Shown here: positions 31,801 to 43,778 of the stretch, piece by piece
Position numbering within the stretch: position 1 is the stretch's first letter
How the letters are laid out: each line of letters opens with the position of its first letter
The notes under the pieces: generated by a model
What the model was told of the DNA's origin: nothing
What the model saw: only the letters and a program-made list of their open reading frames with translations
Databases searched by the model: none
Made by a program: the position numbers and the translations under genes
Source of the DNA: Macrostomum lignano
Lineage: Eukaryota
NCBI GenBank assembly: GCA_002269645.1
Contig: NIVC01000038.1
Span: forward strand, 682,001 to 746,000
Length of the DNA: 64,000 nt
Reading direction: 5' to 3'

Positions 31801-31949
31801 GCCGTCTGAAAACCAGCTAGTTTGACTGGGCGAGGCTTCCCTCTCTGTTACTCACCCCTTTTCTCGGCCCAAGCCGGTTTGGTGATACTAATGCGTCTCA
31901 CTATACCTAGAACAAGCTCATCTCACCGCTCTCGGCCCTTTTCATTGCT

Positions 31950-32765
31950 GCGGTTGTATTCCTGCATCTGGAGTTCTGCGCGAGCTGTCGGAACCAATTC
32001 GGCATGGCCCTGATGAAAAGTGTCGCCAGAGCTTTTGTTTGGGGGCCAGGAATAGATGCTGACATCGAGTTGGTTGTAGCAGCTGCCAAGACTGCCAATC
32101 CATTAAGCTGCATCCGGTGCTGGCTTCCACTGCACCCCTGGGTGTGGCCAGACCAGCCCTGGGACCGCATCCACGTTGACTTTGCTGGGCCGGTTAGACG
32201 CCGCCTGCAGTTTCTCCTCTTAGTGGAGGCGACTCAAATCGGCCGAGCTGGTCCGCAAGCTGCGAGCGTTGTTTGCACAATGGGGCCTCGTATCCAGAAC
32301 TCGTATCGGACAACGGTCCAGCATTCATCAACCAGGGGCTTAGCAATGTCTGCAAGGCAAATTGAATTCGCCATGCAAGAAGCAGCCCATATCACGCCAA
32401 GACCCACGGACTGGTGGAACGGCTGATGAAGTCGTTCAAGATGGCCATGGAGGCGCCACAGAGCAGTCAGCCTGACCTCAACATCCGCCTGTGCAGCTGG
32501 CTGCTGGGCTACCGAGCTAGCCCGCACCCAACGACCGGTCGGACACCAGCGGAGCTCTTCCTGAAGCGGCAGCTTCGGACTCGAATGGATCTGCTGCGGC
32601 CGTCAGCCCAGGATCGAGTACTGCGAGAGAAATCGGCCCAGAAACGACAGCACGACCGGCGGGCGCGAGAGCTGCCGGAGGAGCCGTGGTCGGAGGCCTG
32701 GGCCAGGGACTACCGGCCTAATGCGGCGGCCTGGCAGCCAGCTAAAGTTCTCGAGCAGACCGTTC
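31950..32765 (+). mobile_element. Degenerate Gypsy (Mag/K02A2.6-like) integrase fragment
   Basis: MKSVARAFVWGPGIDADIE (integrase Zn-binding region), WPDQPWDRIHVDFAGP, ERLMKSFK...YRASPHPTTGRTPAELFLKRQLRTRMDLLRP; deletions and frameshifts. Confidence 0.9.
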
Positions 32766-33429
32766 GATCAGAAATTTTTTTTGACGGTACACGTGTCTTG
32801 GCTAAGAAATTGCTCAATGCTAAAGGGATCGAATATTCGAAAAACATGCTTTTATGCAAAGGTCAAGCAGACTTTCCGATTTGAAATGTATTGTAAGAAT
32901 GCTAGATAAAAAACTGACTGGCTGAATTCCGGATTTGAATCTCAGTAGTGTAAAGTTTTTTATTTAAACCTTTTATTCAACGTCAAACATAAAAGTTGCG
33001 TCATGTAAAACATGTAAGAAGCCTCAAATTTTTATTAAATTTTTGGAACAATTTACACGAAAAAGGTGACTTCAAAACTGAAATATGCTCTTAAGAAAAT
33101 GAGCTTCTTATAAATAAGTTTATTCTCTTGCTTATTGGGCGCCCCAAAGGGGGGAACTAGATTGCTAGTCCTATATACTAGCAGCAGTTTTAGCCATATA
33201 AACTCGGTTTAAAGTTTTCGGCTGCAGCAGAAGCGGCTGTTTTTCCAGTAGTCTGGACATCCGTCGGTTATCATTGAAGGATTTTCGTCTTTTGCTTATT
33301 GGGCGCCCCCCGAAGGGGGCAGTAGATTGCTATCAAAGCATGAGAACAGCCATGAGAGTACTACGTCCCACAAACTGGCTTTCCAAGCAGGAATGGGCAG
33401 ACTTTTACCTCAAAGGCCAGAAAAGAATC

Positions 33430-35075
33430 CAGCTTATGGCTGAGGGGCAGTTGAGAGGCGAGAGAAGAAGGAATAGACTATTCGAAAAGAGAGGAGAGGT
33501 AATAAGGAGAGAAAAGATAATAGGAGAGATGAGGGAGTGAGGACGATGAGAGGAGAGAGTAGACAGTAGAGTAGCGAGTGGAGAGGAGAGAGTAGAGGAG
33601 CGAGTAGAGGAGAGAGTAGAGGAGCGAGTAGAGGAGCGAGTAGAGGAGAGAGTAGAGTAGCGAGTGGAGAGGAGAGAGCAGAGAGCTGCAGATGAGAGGA
33701 GAGCAGAGAGAAGAGCAGAGAGGAGTTAGTAAAGAGGAAAAAGGAGAGATGAGAAATGAGAGATGAGAGATAAAGGAGGAGAGTGGAGAGAGAAGAGACG
33801 AGACAAGAGAGGGAGAGAGTATATAGAAGAGGGAAGAGAAGAGGAGAAAGGAGAAAGGAAGGTGAGGAGACAAACAAGGTGAAAGAAAAGAGTACAGAGG
33901 ACAGAATGAGAGAACATATAAGACAGTAAAGATGACAGATGAAAGAGGGGGGATGAGCTGAGAGCAGAGACGAAAATGAACAGACGAGAGATAAGAGAGA
34001 AGAGATTACAGAGACGAAAGGAGAGACAAAAGGGAGAGAGAAGTGAGTGAGGCGAGAGGAGAGAAAAGAGGAGAATGGAGGGGAGAGAGTAGAGAGGAAA
34101 AGAAAGCATTTATAAGCATCTGGGGAAGCAGAGAGAGAGGGGGAAGCAGAGAGAGGGGGAAGCAGAGAGAGAGGGGGAAGCAGAGACAGGGGGAGCAGAG
34201 AGAGAGGGGGAAGCAGAGAGAGAGGGGGGAAGCAGAGAGAGAGGGGGAAGCAGAGAGAGGGGGAAGCAGAGAGAGGGGGGAGCAGAGAGAGAGGGGGAAG
34301 CAGAGAGAGAGAGAGGGGGAAGCAGAGAGAGAGAGGGGAGCAGAGAGAGAGGGGGGAAGCAGAGAGAGAGGGGGAAGCAGAGAGAGAGGGGGAAGCAGAG
34401 AGAGAGGGAGGAAGCAGAGAGAGAGAGGGGGAAGCAGAGAGAGAGGGGGAAGCAGAGAGAGAGGGGGGAAGCAGAGAGAGAGGGGAGCAGAGAGAGAGGG
34501 GGAAGCAGAGAGAGAGGGGGGAAGCAGAGAGAGGGGGGAAGCAGAGAGAGGGGGGGAAGCAGAGAGAGGGGGAAGCAGAGAGAGAGGGGGAAGCAGAGAG
34601 AGAGGGGGAAGCAGAGAGAGAGAGGGGGAAGCAGAGAGAGAGGGGGAAGCAGAGAGAGAGGGGGGGAAGCAGAGAGAGAGGGGGAAGCAGAGAGAGAGGG
34701 GGAAGCAGAGAGAGAGGGGGGGAAGCAGAGAGAGGGGGGAGCAGAGAGAGAGGGGGGAAGCAGAGAGAAATGAAAAGAGATAAAGGAGAAGAGAGAAAAG
34801 AGAAATGAGAGATCAGAGAGCAAATAAAGACGAGAGAGAGGAGAGGTGAAGGAAAAGACGACAGAAGAGTGGGAGGAGAGGAAAGAGAAAAGAAGATAAA
34901 AGAGATGAGATAAGAGAGATGAAAAAGAAGAGAAATGAGGGAAGATACGAGAGAAGAGAGGAGAGGAGAGAGAGCAGAGAGGAGAGACGAGGGACGAGAG
35001 AGAAGAGAGGAAACAGAAGAGAAGATAGAAATTTCAAAGAATCCAAGGGACGTAGGGAGAGTCAGAGGCAGAGGC
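33430..35075. repeat. Purine-rich low-complexity tract including a ~18-bp gggggaagcagagagaga minisatellite (34120-34770)
   Basis: Direct reading. Confidence 0.95.
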
Positions 35076-35486
35076 CAGAGTTTGCCGATACATGTTTTAG
35101 AGTCAGACAGACATTAACTGCCTATTTAAAGTAAAAAGCACCCCAGCCAACAATATCAATGCTTGCCTCAAATCCTCGAATGTTCTCCATTTTGTTTACC
35201 TCTATCCTACTAACTATAACAAGTTTTTGTTTCAGTATAAGCTCAGATTTCAGAATACATGCAAAAATAGTTCCGGGGATTGGAATTCCCCGGATTCAAA
35301 TTCCGCGGGTTTCAACAGCTTGTTAAATATATATAAAACCAAATAAATTTAAGTTGTAGAATCCTCTTTGACCAAGTTTGGTTATAAATGCTATTAAAAC
35401 CGTACAATACATGTATGTGAATATATTTAACTCGCATATTTAAGCGACTTGGGCTTGATTGACAAGTCATTATTTAACCAAGCAAC

Positions 35487-35754
35487 TCAGTCCGCTTCTT
35501 GCTGGATCGGCTCCGCTTCGGCAGCCAATCTGGCCAGGAGGTCGCGAGTTCGAGGCTCGGATTCGTCGTACAATATTCGCAAACACAGGGAGCAGGTCTG
35601 GCACTGTAGCAGTGGCAAGCGGGACAGCAGCTGGGCTGCGTGAATACCCACCTGTTCAATTGCGGGTGGCTGTTGTGAGTTGTCTGCCTTTCTGCCTGCC
35701 TGTCTGTCTGTCTGCCTTTCTGCCTTCCTGTCTGTCTGTCTGTCTGTCGTCTGT

Positions 35755-35799
<45 letters not shown>

Positions 35800-36131
35800 T
35801 GTCTGTCTGTCTGTCTCTCTGTCTGCATTTCTGCCTGCCTGTCTGACTGTCTGCCTTTCTGACTGTCTGTCTGTCTGTCTTTCTGCATGTCTGTCTGCCT
35901 GCCTGTCTGTCTGTCTGCCTTTCTGCCTGCCTGCCTGTCTGTCTGCCTTTCTGCCTGTCTGTCTGTCTGCCTTTCTGCCTGCCTGCCTGTCTGTCTGCCT
36001 TTCTGCCTGCCTGTCTGTCTGTCTGCCTTTCTGCCTGCCTGCCTGCCTGTCTGTCTGCCTGCCTGTCTGTCTGCCTGCCTGCCTGTCTGTCTGCCTGTCT
36101 GTCTGTCTGTCTGCCTGTCCGTCTGTCTGCC

Positions 36132-36179
<48 letters not shown>

Positions 36180-36762
36180 AGCAGACCCAATCCCCGAAAA
36201 CTCACCCGGTCCCCGCAGCGGCAGTCCCAAAAGCACTGAAAGCTGCTCAGCAGAGTCCCGTGAGCTGCATCCAGACAAGCGGCTGTGCAATCTTCTTCTA
36301 TCAGATTGTCCAGTAGTTCGGTCACCGTGAGCTCCTCTTGAACAGGGTGGTCCTGCCAGGGGTTGATGCAATTGTTTAAGACACCCCAATATTCCTCACA
36401 CAGACACCCCAGACACCCTTTGAAACCTGAATACCACCCAGCTTAGATAAATTGATTCACAGGCATTCAAAAGCAAACAGACTCAACACAACCTCGAGCT
36501 GCTCATTCACCTGTTCCCGCCTGCTCAGCATCAGTGCTGCATCGTACACTCGTCTCAAGCTGGCATCTCGCAGCACAGAATAGGCCATGTTAATCAGATG
36601 AAATCCCTCAGCATCTGGGTTTTTATCTGGGTGATACTTGAGACATGCAGTTTTCCATGCGGCTCTGATACTGGATTGATCGGCCTGCGATGAGACGCCC
36701 AACACGCGGTACCAGTCCCTGCTCACAGGTATTGACTCACCAAACTGCTTTGCCGAAGTCAT
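35487..36762 (-). CDS. DNAJC24: DnaJ homolog subfamily C member 24 / DPH4 (J domain + CSL zinc finger; diphthamide biosynthesis), ~190 aa
   Basis: Exons 36762-36511, 36352-36206 and 35669 (or 35651)-35487, all phase 0. J domain YRVLGV...KYHPDKN...AYSVL; CSL finger CRCGD...CQTCSL split by a microsatellite-filled intron. Confidence 0.9.
35685..36180. repeat. (CTGT/CTGC)n microsatellite in DNAJC24 intron 2
   Basis: Direct reading. Confidence 0.95.
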
Positions 36763-36839
36763 ATGTGAGTCACAAAAACAGCTGGAACAACTAGAATTTG
36801 CAATAAAGAGACATTTTAAACATAAATTATTTGAAAAAA

Positions 36840-37080
36840 TCTTACTGCAACCGACATAGCCATATCTGAAGGCAGCGTACGGCCGTCCAGTCCAAGGTCT
36901 GGGGGTCACCACACACACTAAATTACCCCAGCTAATGCTGGCACCCATTTTACAGCTGAGTGAACTGAAGCAATGCAGAGTCAAGTGTCTTGCTCAAGGA
37001 CACTAGTTGTTTCGGTGAGGTCGAGAATTGAACCCCCGACATTCAAGTCGTAAGTTCGAAGCTCTAACCACTAGGCTACA
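36840..37080 (-). mobile_element. tRNA-derived CORE-type SINE
   Basis: Minus strand has an A box (tagcctagtgg), a B box (ggttcaattc) and a CORE-like gtccttgagcaagacactt...ctgtaaaatggg. Confidence 0.75.
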
Positions 37081-37345
37081 ACCCCCCTTATTCTTTTAAT
37101 GCTACTGAAAGTAGAAATAAGAAAATAAGAAAATATAAACAACAAAAAGTTAACGAAACAATAAAACAGAATTTTATATTTACATAACATACAAGTATAA
37201 CATATAACAATATAACGGATTCTAAGAAATTTTATTTCAAACATAAGGGAGCCATTGTTAACTGATAGTTACAATTACAACAACATATGCTTCTTTTCAA
37301 CAAATCATAAAATTCTAAGAAATCAACTTTAAATCAATAAGGGTC

Positions 37346-37795
37346 TGTAACCACCGAGAAGGCAAGCAGTCGGAGGCCTTTTTCCTTAGGATGTTAAGCT
37401 TGGCTCTGCTCGTGCAATTAACACCCTTAAGGACCAAACCCCAAAAGCACAGTGAAGTGTACATGCCTTAAAGATAGATAAAGTTTGGGCCGCTGTGCAC
37501 TCCTGTGTGAGTGCCTGCTCAGAGAATGGGGAGTATTGCATCTTGCCGGTTGTGTGACAATGTTGCTTAATTAAAGTGGATCAATTCGGTCCATCCGGTG
37601 TTGAGAATGCGGAGAACCTTATCTGTGAACGTCCGCTACCTATAAATAAGGGCTACCGGGCGAGCGACCATCTAACCTCTTGGATAGTCATTGCGGGACA
37701 CCCCAGGACCAGACGTGTCTTGTTAATGAAGATTTACGCAACTGTAAGCTAGTCTTCAATTAAGAATATAATAAAAAGAAATCCGAAAATCAACA
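37346..37795 (+). mobile_element. Possible solo LTR (450 bp)
   Basis: TGT...ACA ends, TATAAATA at 37641, AATAAA at 37770. No TSD found. Confidence 0.45.
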
Positions 37796-37854
37796 TTTGG
37801 TTTTTTATGACGCGTTTCGCACACCAAGGTGCATCGTCATAAAGGTAAAATTAT

Positions 37855-38092
37855 GATCCAATACCACGACTGAAAGGTTGGGGCTACGATTCTCGACCCA
37901 CTAGGAACAATAATTTGTGTCCTTGAGCAAGACACTTAACTCATGCATTACTCAGTTCACCCTGTTGTAAAATGGGGTAATTATGCGTGTGTGGCGACCT
38001 ACCAGTCCTTGGACTGAATAGCCGTACGCAGCCTTCAGTTGCAAATTAGGACAGATGTAATAATAAATTATTATTATTATCATTATTTATAT
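37855..38092 (+). mobile_element. Second copy of the CORE-type SINE, inverted relative to the first
   Basis: gtccttgagcaagacacttaac...tgtaaaatgggg...ccttggactg...gccgtacgcagccttcag with an (ATT)n tail. Confidence 0.75.
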
Positions 38093-38122
38093 GAACCTAA
38101 ACTTGAAGAATTCATTTAGCTA

Positions 38123-38644
38123 CTACTGATTAGCAGCAGACTGAGTAGTAGTATTGCTAGCAAGATCATGCTCAGAGGCAGCCTGACTCAGGGGAGCCAG
38201 CTCGCCCACAGCCGCCACAGACGCGGCATAGTGCTCAGGATAAGCTCTCTCAGTCAGCCGTTTAATATTATTAATCCTTTTAAACACCAGCTCAAGATCT
38301 TTCCGCAACTCGTCCAGAGTCTGCTGGTGCTGCCGGAACTCCCCACTCAGCTGGCGAAATCGTCCCAGCGAGAGTTCATTGAAATTTGACAGCATATGAT
38401 TGGCCCGCTCGAATCTCTCAAGCATCTCAGTCTGAGACACTGTGATCACGTGCAGGGAGGGCCGGTCAATCATGGATAGAAATGAGCCAGTGAGAGCTTC
38501 CGGTCTCTGGGGATTCACTAATGTCTGCCGGCGCAGCTGCTGCTGTCTCTGCTGAGGAGACACCTGACCATCGCTGTCATCAGCTGCTGCTGCTGCTGCT
38601 GCTGTGGCACCATCATGGCTGCTGCTGCCGGAGTTCGATGTCAT
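38123..38644 (-). CDS. KXD1: KxDL motif-containing protein 1 (BORC subunit), single coding exon, 173 aa
   Basis: QTEMLERFERANHMLSNFNELS...LDELRKDLELVFKRINNIK...YPEHY matches the KxDL domain. Confidence 0.9.
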   Translation of the reverse strand: MTSNSGSSSHDGATAAAAAAADDSDGQVSPQQRQQQLRRQTLVNPQRPEALTGSFLSMIDRPSLHVITVSQTEMLERFERANHMLSNFNELSLGRFRQLSGEFRQHQQTLDELRKDLELVFKRINNIKRLTERAYPEHYAASVAAVGELAPLSQAASEHDLASNTTTQSAANQ

Positions 38645-38699
38645 TCAGTCAGAAGTGGATGTTGCACTGCAGTGATACCTAGTTCAACCGTACACCTGA

Positions 38700-38732
38700 G
38701 TGTCTGTCTGTCTGCCTGTCTCTCTGTTTGTA

Positions 38733-38770
<38 letters not shown>

Positions 38771-38838
38771 CGTTTTTATCTGTCTGTCTGTCTGTTTGTC
38801 TCTGTCTGTCTGTCTGTTTGTATCTATCTGTATGTCTT

Positions 38839-38877
<39 letters not shown>

Positions 38878-38898
38878 GAGTGTCTGTCTGTCTGTCTA

Positions 38899-38929
<31 letters not shown>

Positions 38930-38935
38930 GCCTGC

Positions 38936-38974
<39 letters not shown>

Positions 38975-38984
38975 CCTGCCTGCC

Positions 38985-39053
<69 letters not shown>

Positions 39054-39058
39054 TTCTG
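38700..39058. repeat. (CTGT)n microsatellite immediately upstream of the KXD1 acceptor
   Basis: Direct reading. Confidence 0.95.
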
Positions 39059-39431
39059 TCCCTATTTTCATAGTATACATTCTATTGAATTCCTTCAATT
39101 TCTTCAGTACATATTTATTCACTATACACCAAAATAGGATGTTGTGTACTGGAGTGCCTGCCCTAGCGTGTATACAACTATGTCTTGCCTAAATCTTTAA
39201 AAGAAAATAGCTAACATAAATTCATTACTATCAGAATGACGGAAGTAACACGGCTACTTCTAAAGATTAAGTAAAAATATTCAGAACCGAATTTTTTATT
39301 TAAAACACTAAGATTTTTCAAACAGACACAAATGACTTGTAGAAGTTATAAAATTTAATTCAACGGTTGAAAAGCGGGACATTGCAGCCCATGTAGCTCT
39401 GGGAAATGGTAGAATTTTGTGCTTTGTAGAT

Positions 39432-40340
39432 TGAGGCAGGGAGAGAGGCAGGGAGAGAGGCAGGGAGAGAGGCAGGGAGAGAGGCAGGGAGAGAGGCAGG
39501 GAGAGAGGCAGGGAGAGGCAAGGAGAGAGACAGGGAGAGAGGCAGAGAGAGGTAGGGGGAGAAGCAGAGAGAGACAGGGAGAGAGGCAGGGAGAGAGGCA
39601 GGGAGAGAGGCAGGGAGAGAGGCAGGGAGAGAGGCAGGGAGAGAGGCAGGGAGAGAGGCAGGGAGAGAGGCAGGGAGAGAGGCAGGGAGAGAAGGGAGAG
39701 AGGCAGAGAGAGACAGGGAGAGAGGCAGGGAGAGAGGCAGGGAGCGAGGCAGGGAGAGAGGCAGGGAGCGAGGCAGGGAGAGAAGGGAGAGAGACAGGGA
39801 GAGAGGCAGGGAGAGAGGCAGGGAGAGAGGCAGGGAGAGAAGGGAGAGAGGCAGAGAGAGACAGGGAGAGAGGCAGGGAGAGAGGCAGGGAGAGAGGCAG
39901 GGAGAGAGGCAGGGAGAGAGGCAGGGAGAGAGACAGGGAGAGAGGCAGGGAGAGAGGCAGGGAGAGAGGCAGGGAGAGAGGCAGGGAGAGAGGCAGGGAG
40001 AGAGGCAGGGAGAGAAGGGAGAGAGACAGGGAGAGAGGCAGGGAGAGAGGCAGGGAGAGAGGCAGGGAGAGAGGCAGGGAGAGAAGGAGAGAGGCAGGGA
40101 GAGAGGCAGGGAGAGAGACAGGGAGAGAGACAGGGAGAGAGGCAGGGAGAGAGGCAGGGAGAGAAGGGAGAGAGGCAGGGAGAGAGGCAGGGAGAGAAGG
40201 GAGAGGCACGGAGAGAGGCAGGGAGAGAGGCAGGGAGATGCAGGGAGAGATGCAGGGAGAGAGGCAGGGAGAGAGACAGGGAGAGAGGCAGGGAGAAAGA
40301 CAGGGAGAGAGGCAGGGAGAGAGGCAGGAAGAGAAGGGAG
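39432..40340. repeat. 12-bp purine minisatellite (gagaggcaggga)
   Basis: Direct reading. Confidence 0.96.
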
Positions 40341-40394
40341 AGAGGCAACTCAAAAAACAGCAGCAAAATAACAAGTAGGATGCAGCATCCGGCA

Positions 40395-42476
40395 TCAACT
40401 CCAAGCTCTCGCAGCACCGCCAGTCCTGGCAGCAGCAGCAGCAGCCGCAGGTGGCCGGTACAGCCACACGGAGTCCACCCCTTCAATAATCTGGTCGACA
40501 TGTCTCCAGTCGGGCAGTCGGTACCGACAAGCCACCACGCAGGCATCTGGATGCAACTCAGCCGCCAGCTTGGCTTGCAAGGGTTTCATTAAAGACTTCA
40601 CCCCGAATATCACCACAACATCGTATGTGGACAGCGAGTGGCGGAGCAGGTCGGTTCGTAGGAATTTCGGACGATGAATGCAGTTGAGACGGGAACAGGT
40701 GAGGCGACTGTACAGCACCAGGGGCCAGTTGAGCTCGACACCAGTAGCTTGGTACAGGCGGAGTGCCGCTTCGCGTACAATGCGACCGTCTCCGGAGCCA
40801 AGGTCTATCTGGTGTGAGGGAGTTAAGCGGTTCTTCATGGTGTGACTCTTCATGGTTTGATTCTTCATGGTGTGATTCTTTATGGGTTGATTCTTCATGG
40901 TGTGATTCTTCATGGTGTAATTCTTCATGGTGTGATTCTTCATGGTGTGATTCTTCATGGGTTGATTCTTCATGGTGTGATTCTTCATGGTGTAATTCTT
41001 CATGGTGTGATTCTTCATGGTGTGATTCTTCATGGTGTGATTCTTCATGATGTGATTCTTCATGGTGTGATTCTTCATGGTGTGATTCTTCATGGTGTGA
41101 TTCTTCATGGTGTGATTCTTCATTGTGATGCTTTATGGTGTGATTCTTCATGGTGTGATTCTTCATGGTGTGATTCCTTAAGGTGTGACTCTTCATGGTG
41201 TGATTCTTCATGGTGTGATTCTTCATGGTGTGATTCTTCATAGTGTGACTCTTTATGGTGTGATTCTTCATGGTGTGATTCTTCATGGTGTGACTCTTCA
41301 TGGTGTGATTCTTCATAGTGTGACTCTTTATGGTGTGATTCTTCATGGTGTGATTCTTCATGGTGTGACTCTTCATGGTGTGATTCTTCATGGTGTGATT
41401 CTTTATGGTGTGATTCTTTATGGTGTGATTCTTCATGGTGTGACTCTTTATGGTGTGATTCTTCATGGTGTGATTCTTCATGGTGTGACTCTTCATGGTG
41501 TGATTCTTCATGGTGTGATTCTTCATGGTGTGATTCTTCATGGTGTGACTCTTCATGGTGTGATTCTTCATGGTGTGACTCTTCATGGTGTGATTCTTCA
41601 TGGTGTGATTCTTTATGGTGTGATTCTTCATGGTGTGATTCTTCATAGTGTGACTCTTTATGGTGTGATTCTTCATGGTGTGATTCTTTATGGTGTGACT
41701 CTTCATGGTGTGACTCCTTATGGTGTGAATCTTCATAGTGTGATTCTTCATGGTGTGACTCTTTATGGTGTGATTCTTCATGGTGTGATTCTTCATGGTG
41801 TGACTCTTCATGGTGTGACTCTTCATGGTGTGATTCTTCATGGTGTGATCTTCATGGTGTGATTCTTCATAGTGTGATTCTTCATAGTGTGATTCTTCAT
41901 AGTGTGATTCTTCATAGTGTGATTCTTTATGGTGTGATTCTTTATGGTATGATTCTTCATGGTGTGATTCTTCATGGTGTGATTCTTCATAGTGTGATTC
42001 TTCATAGTGTGATTCTTCATAGTGAGACTCTTTATGGTGTGACACTTCATAGTGTTCATTTTTCATGATGTGATTCTAACAGTGATTTGAGAAGATGAAA
42101 AATCATTTTAGAAAGATTTTTAAGTGATATTTCAATGTGTCGACGGCCGCTCACTAACCAGTCTCACTGGCATGCTGGGCACCTTAGTAACTCTGTTATT
42201 CTTCTTGAGCAAGCTGAACACATTGGCCACCTGGCTGTCGGTGGCCGGTACAAACGGCAGCGCGTGGCGCCTCAGCGCCGGCGTCAGAAAGGGCGCCGCC
42301 GCGAACACCATGCCGAGGGCGCCGGCCGCGCAAGCGGCGCCAACCGCCAGACGGCGCAGGGGAGACGCGACTGCGGTCGGAGCTGACGGTGAAGATGATG
42401 AAGCGCCTGGGAGGCTGTAAATTGCAGCCTCATCACTGATGGCGCAGTTGGATTCCGAGTCTGGCTGGAGTATCAT
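40395..42476 (-). CDS. ATPSCKMT: FAM173-family mitochondrial protein-lysine methyltransferase (ATPSCKMT/ANTKMT-like), ~243 aa
   Basis: Exons 42476-42159 (CTG|gttagt) and 40808-40395 (ccag|ATA), phase 0. TM segment, then PALRRHALPFVPATDSQV; DLGSGDGRIV; GVELNWPLV; VVIFGV...ACRY...GVDSVWLY. Confidence 0.9.
40835..42070. repeat. 15-bp minisatellite (ggtgtgattcttcat) filling the FAM173 intron
   Basis: Direct reading; source of the MKNHT/EESHH/VILHG ORFs. Confidence 0.97.
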
Positions 42477-42599
42477 TTTTTGGCGAATGCTTTATGATTT
42501 CTGCTTTTGCAATCACTTTTCCAGGGGGTTATAAGGTCTTCAGGGTCATAGGATACATCTTAGGGTAAAAAATTGTTTACGTTCATGGAATGTTCTTTA

Positions 42600-42850
42600 G
42601 GGTCATGGGGTATAATGTAGACTCATAATGGAATATTCTTCATGGTCATTGGATATTTTTTGGCGTCTTGGGATACACTTTAGGGTCATGGAATATTCTT
42701 TAGGGTCATGGGATATTCTTTGGGGTCTTGGGATTACTTTAGGGTCATGGGACATTCTTTGGGGTCTTGGGATTACTTTAGGGTCATGGGATATTCTTTG
42801 GGGTCATGGGATATTCTTTAGGTCCTAGGATATTTTTAAGGTTCATGGGA
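42600..42850. repeat. Degenerate ~19/39-bp repeat (tagggtcatgggatattctt)
   Basis: Direct reading. Confidence 0.8.
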
Positions 42851-43022
42851 TCATACTAACGGTTATACAACACTTTTGGGGTCATACTATACGGTAGCCA
42901 CTATTATTATCACAAACTCGTAAATCTTTCAGCGCAAGACTATTGGCTATAATACCAACTATTTTCAAATAATATATTTGTAAACTTTTCAACTAGACTG
43001 TGAGCTAGCACAATGCACAAAC

Positions 43023-43778
43023 TCATTGCGATAGACTTCTAAAAGCAGCAACACAGGCAGATAAATCAACACCAACAGTGTTAGAAGCAGAAGTTCTTCG
43101 TTTCTTAGAGTCGGCAGCAGCGGCAATGCAGCTCAAAGCAGCAGACAAATCGAAAGCAACTCTCAAGCACAATTCACCAACAGTTTCTGCGCTGGCAGGA
43201 GGCACTCTCTTAAACACGTTAAAAGTTAAACAGTGATAAGCCAGTAGGCCAGCCTTTTGGTTGCCATGGTGACACAGGACAGTCAGTTGATTAGATTTTT
43301 CGTTGCTATCCGCTTCAAATGCCTTAGCAACGAAGTTGGCGGCTTCAATCAGCTGATTCCTAGTCAGACTGCCGCCAGGCAGTGCAGGGCAGCAGGCTAC
43401 TGCAGTTTGGTCCAGTCTCAAAGTGGCCTCACATCGACCAGCCAAGGTCAAAGCGGTGCTTGACAAATTTCTCAACTGATTGACAATTGACAGACACCTG
43501 GAGTGAGATCGAATCAGCCTGCTGATCTCAGCCTCATCCGGTGATTCTAAATTATTCGATAAAGACTCGTTTGAACTCGAACTCGAATAAGATTCATGAT
43601 CACTATCAGCTTCACTTGTGCTTTTATTCTCATCATTAGCTTTGGACAGAGCTAGTTTTAAATCTTGTCTCAGCTGACGAGTCGAAGAGCGCAGTCTGAC
43701 GCTTGTGGCGCGGTAGTCCAGCGCCAAGTCTACAAGTTGGCGCGAGTGACGTTGCCACAGTTGTGACACTTCGGGATC
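43023..43778 (-). CDS. ATG-less 251-codon ORF starting at a splice acceptor; helical protein with weak resemblance to CINP (unverified)
   Basis: ccctaatccctaatcttcgcgcAAG|GAT CCC GAA GTG...TGA; in-frame TAA just upstream (43793-43791); non-repetitive, coding-like composition; no Met anywhere in the frame. Confidence 0.7.
   Translation of the reverse strand, partial: DPEVSQLWQRHSRQLVDLALDYRATSVRLRSSTRQLRQDLKLALSKANDENKSTSEADSDHESYSSSSSNESLSNNLESPDEAEISRLIRSHSRCLSIVNQLRNLSSTALTLAGRCEATLRLDQTAVACCPALPGGSLTRNQLIEAANFVAKAFEADSNEKSNQLTVLCHHGNQKAGLLAYHCLTFNVFKRVPPASAETVGELCLRVAFDLSAALSCIAAAADSKKRRTSASNTVGVDLSACVAAFRSLSQ

Noticed and set aside
36985-37080. tRNA gene
   Set aside because: A and B boxes are present, but the sequence continues into a CORE-SINE body and has a second dispersed copy, so it is a SINE head.
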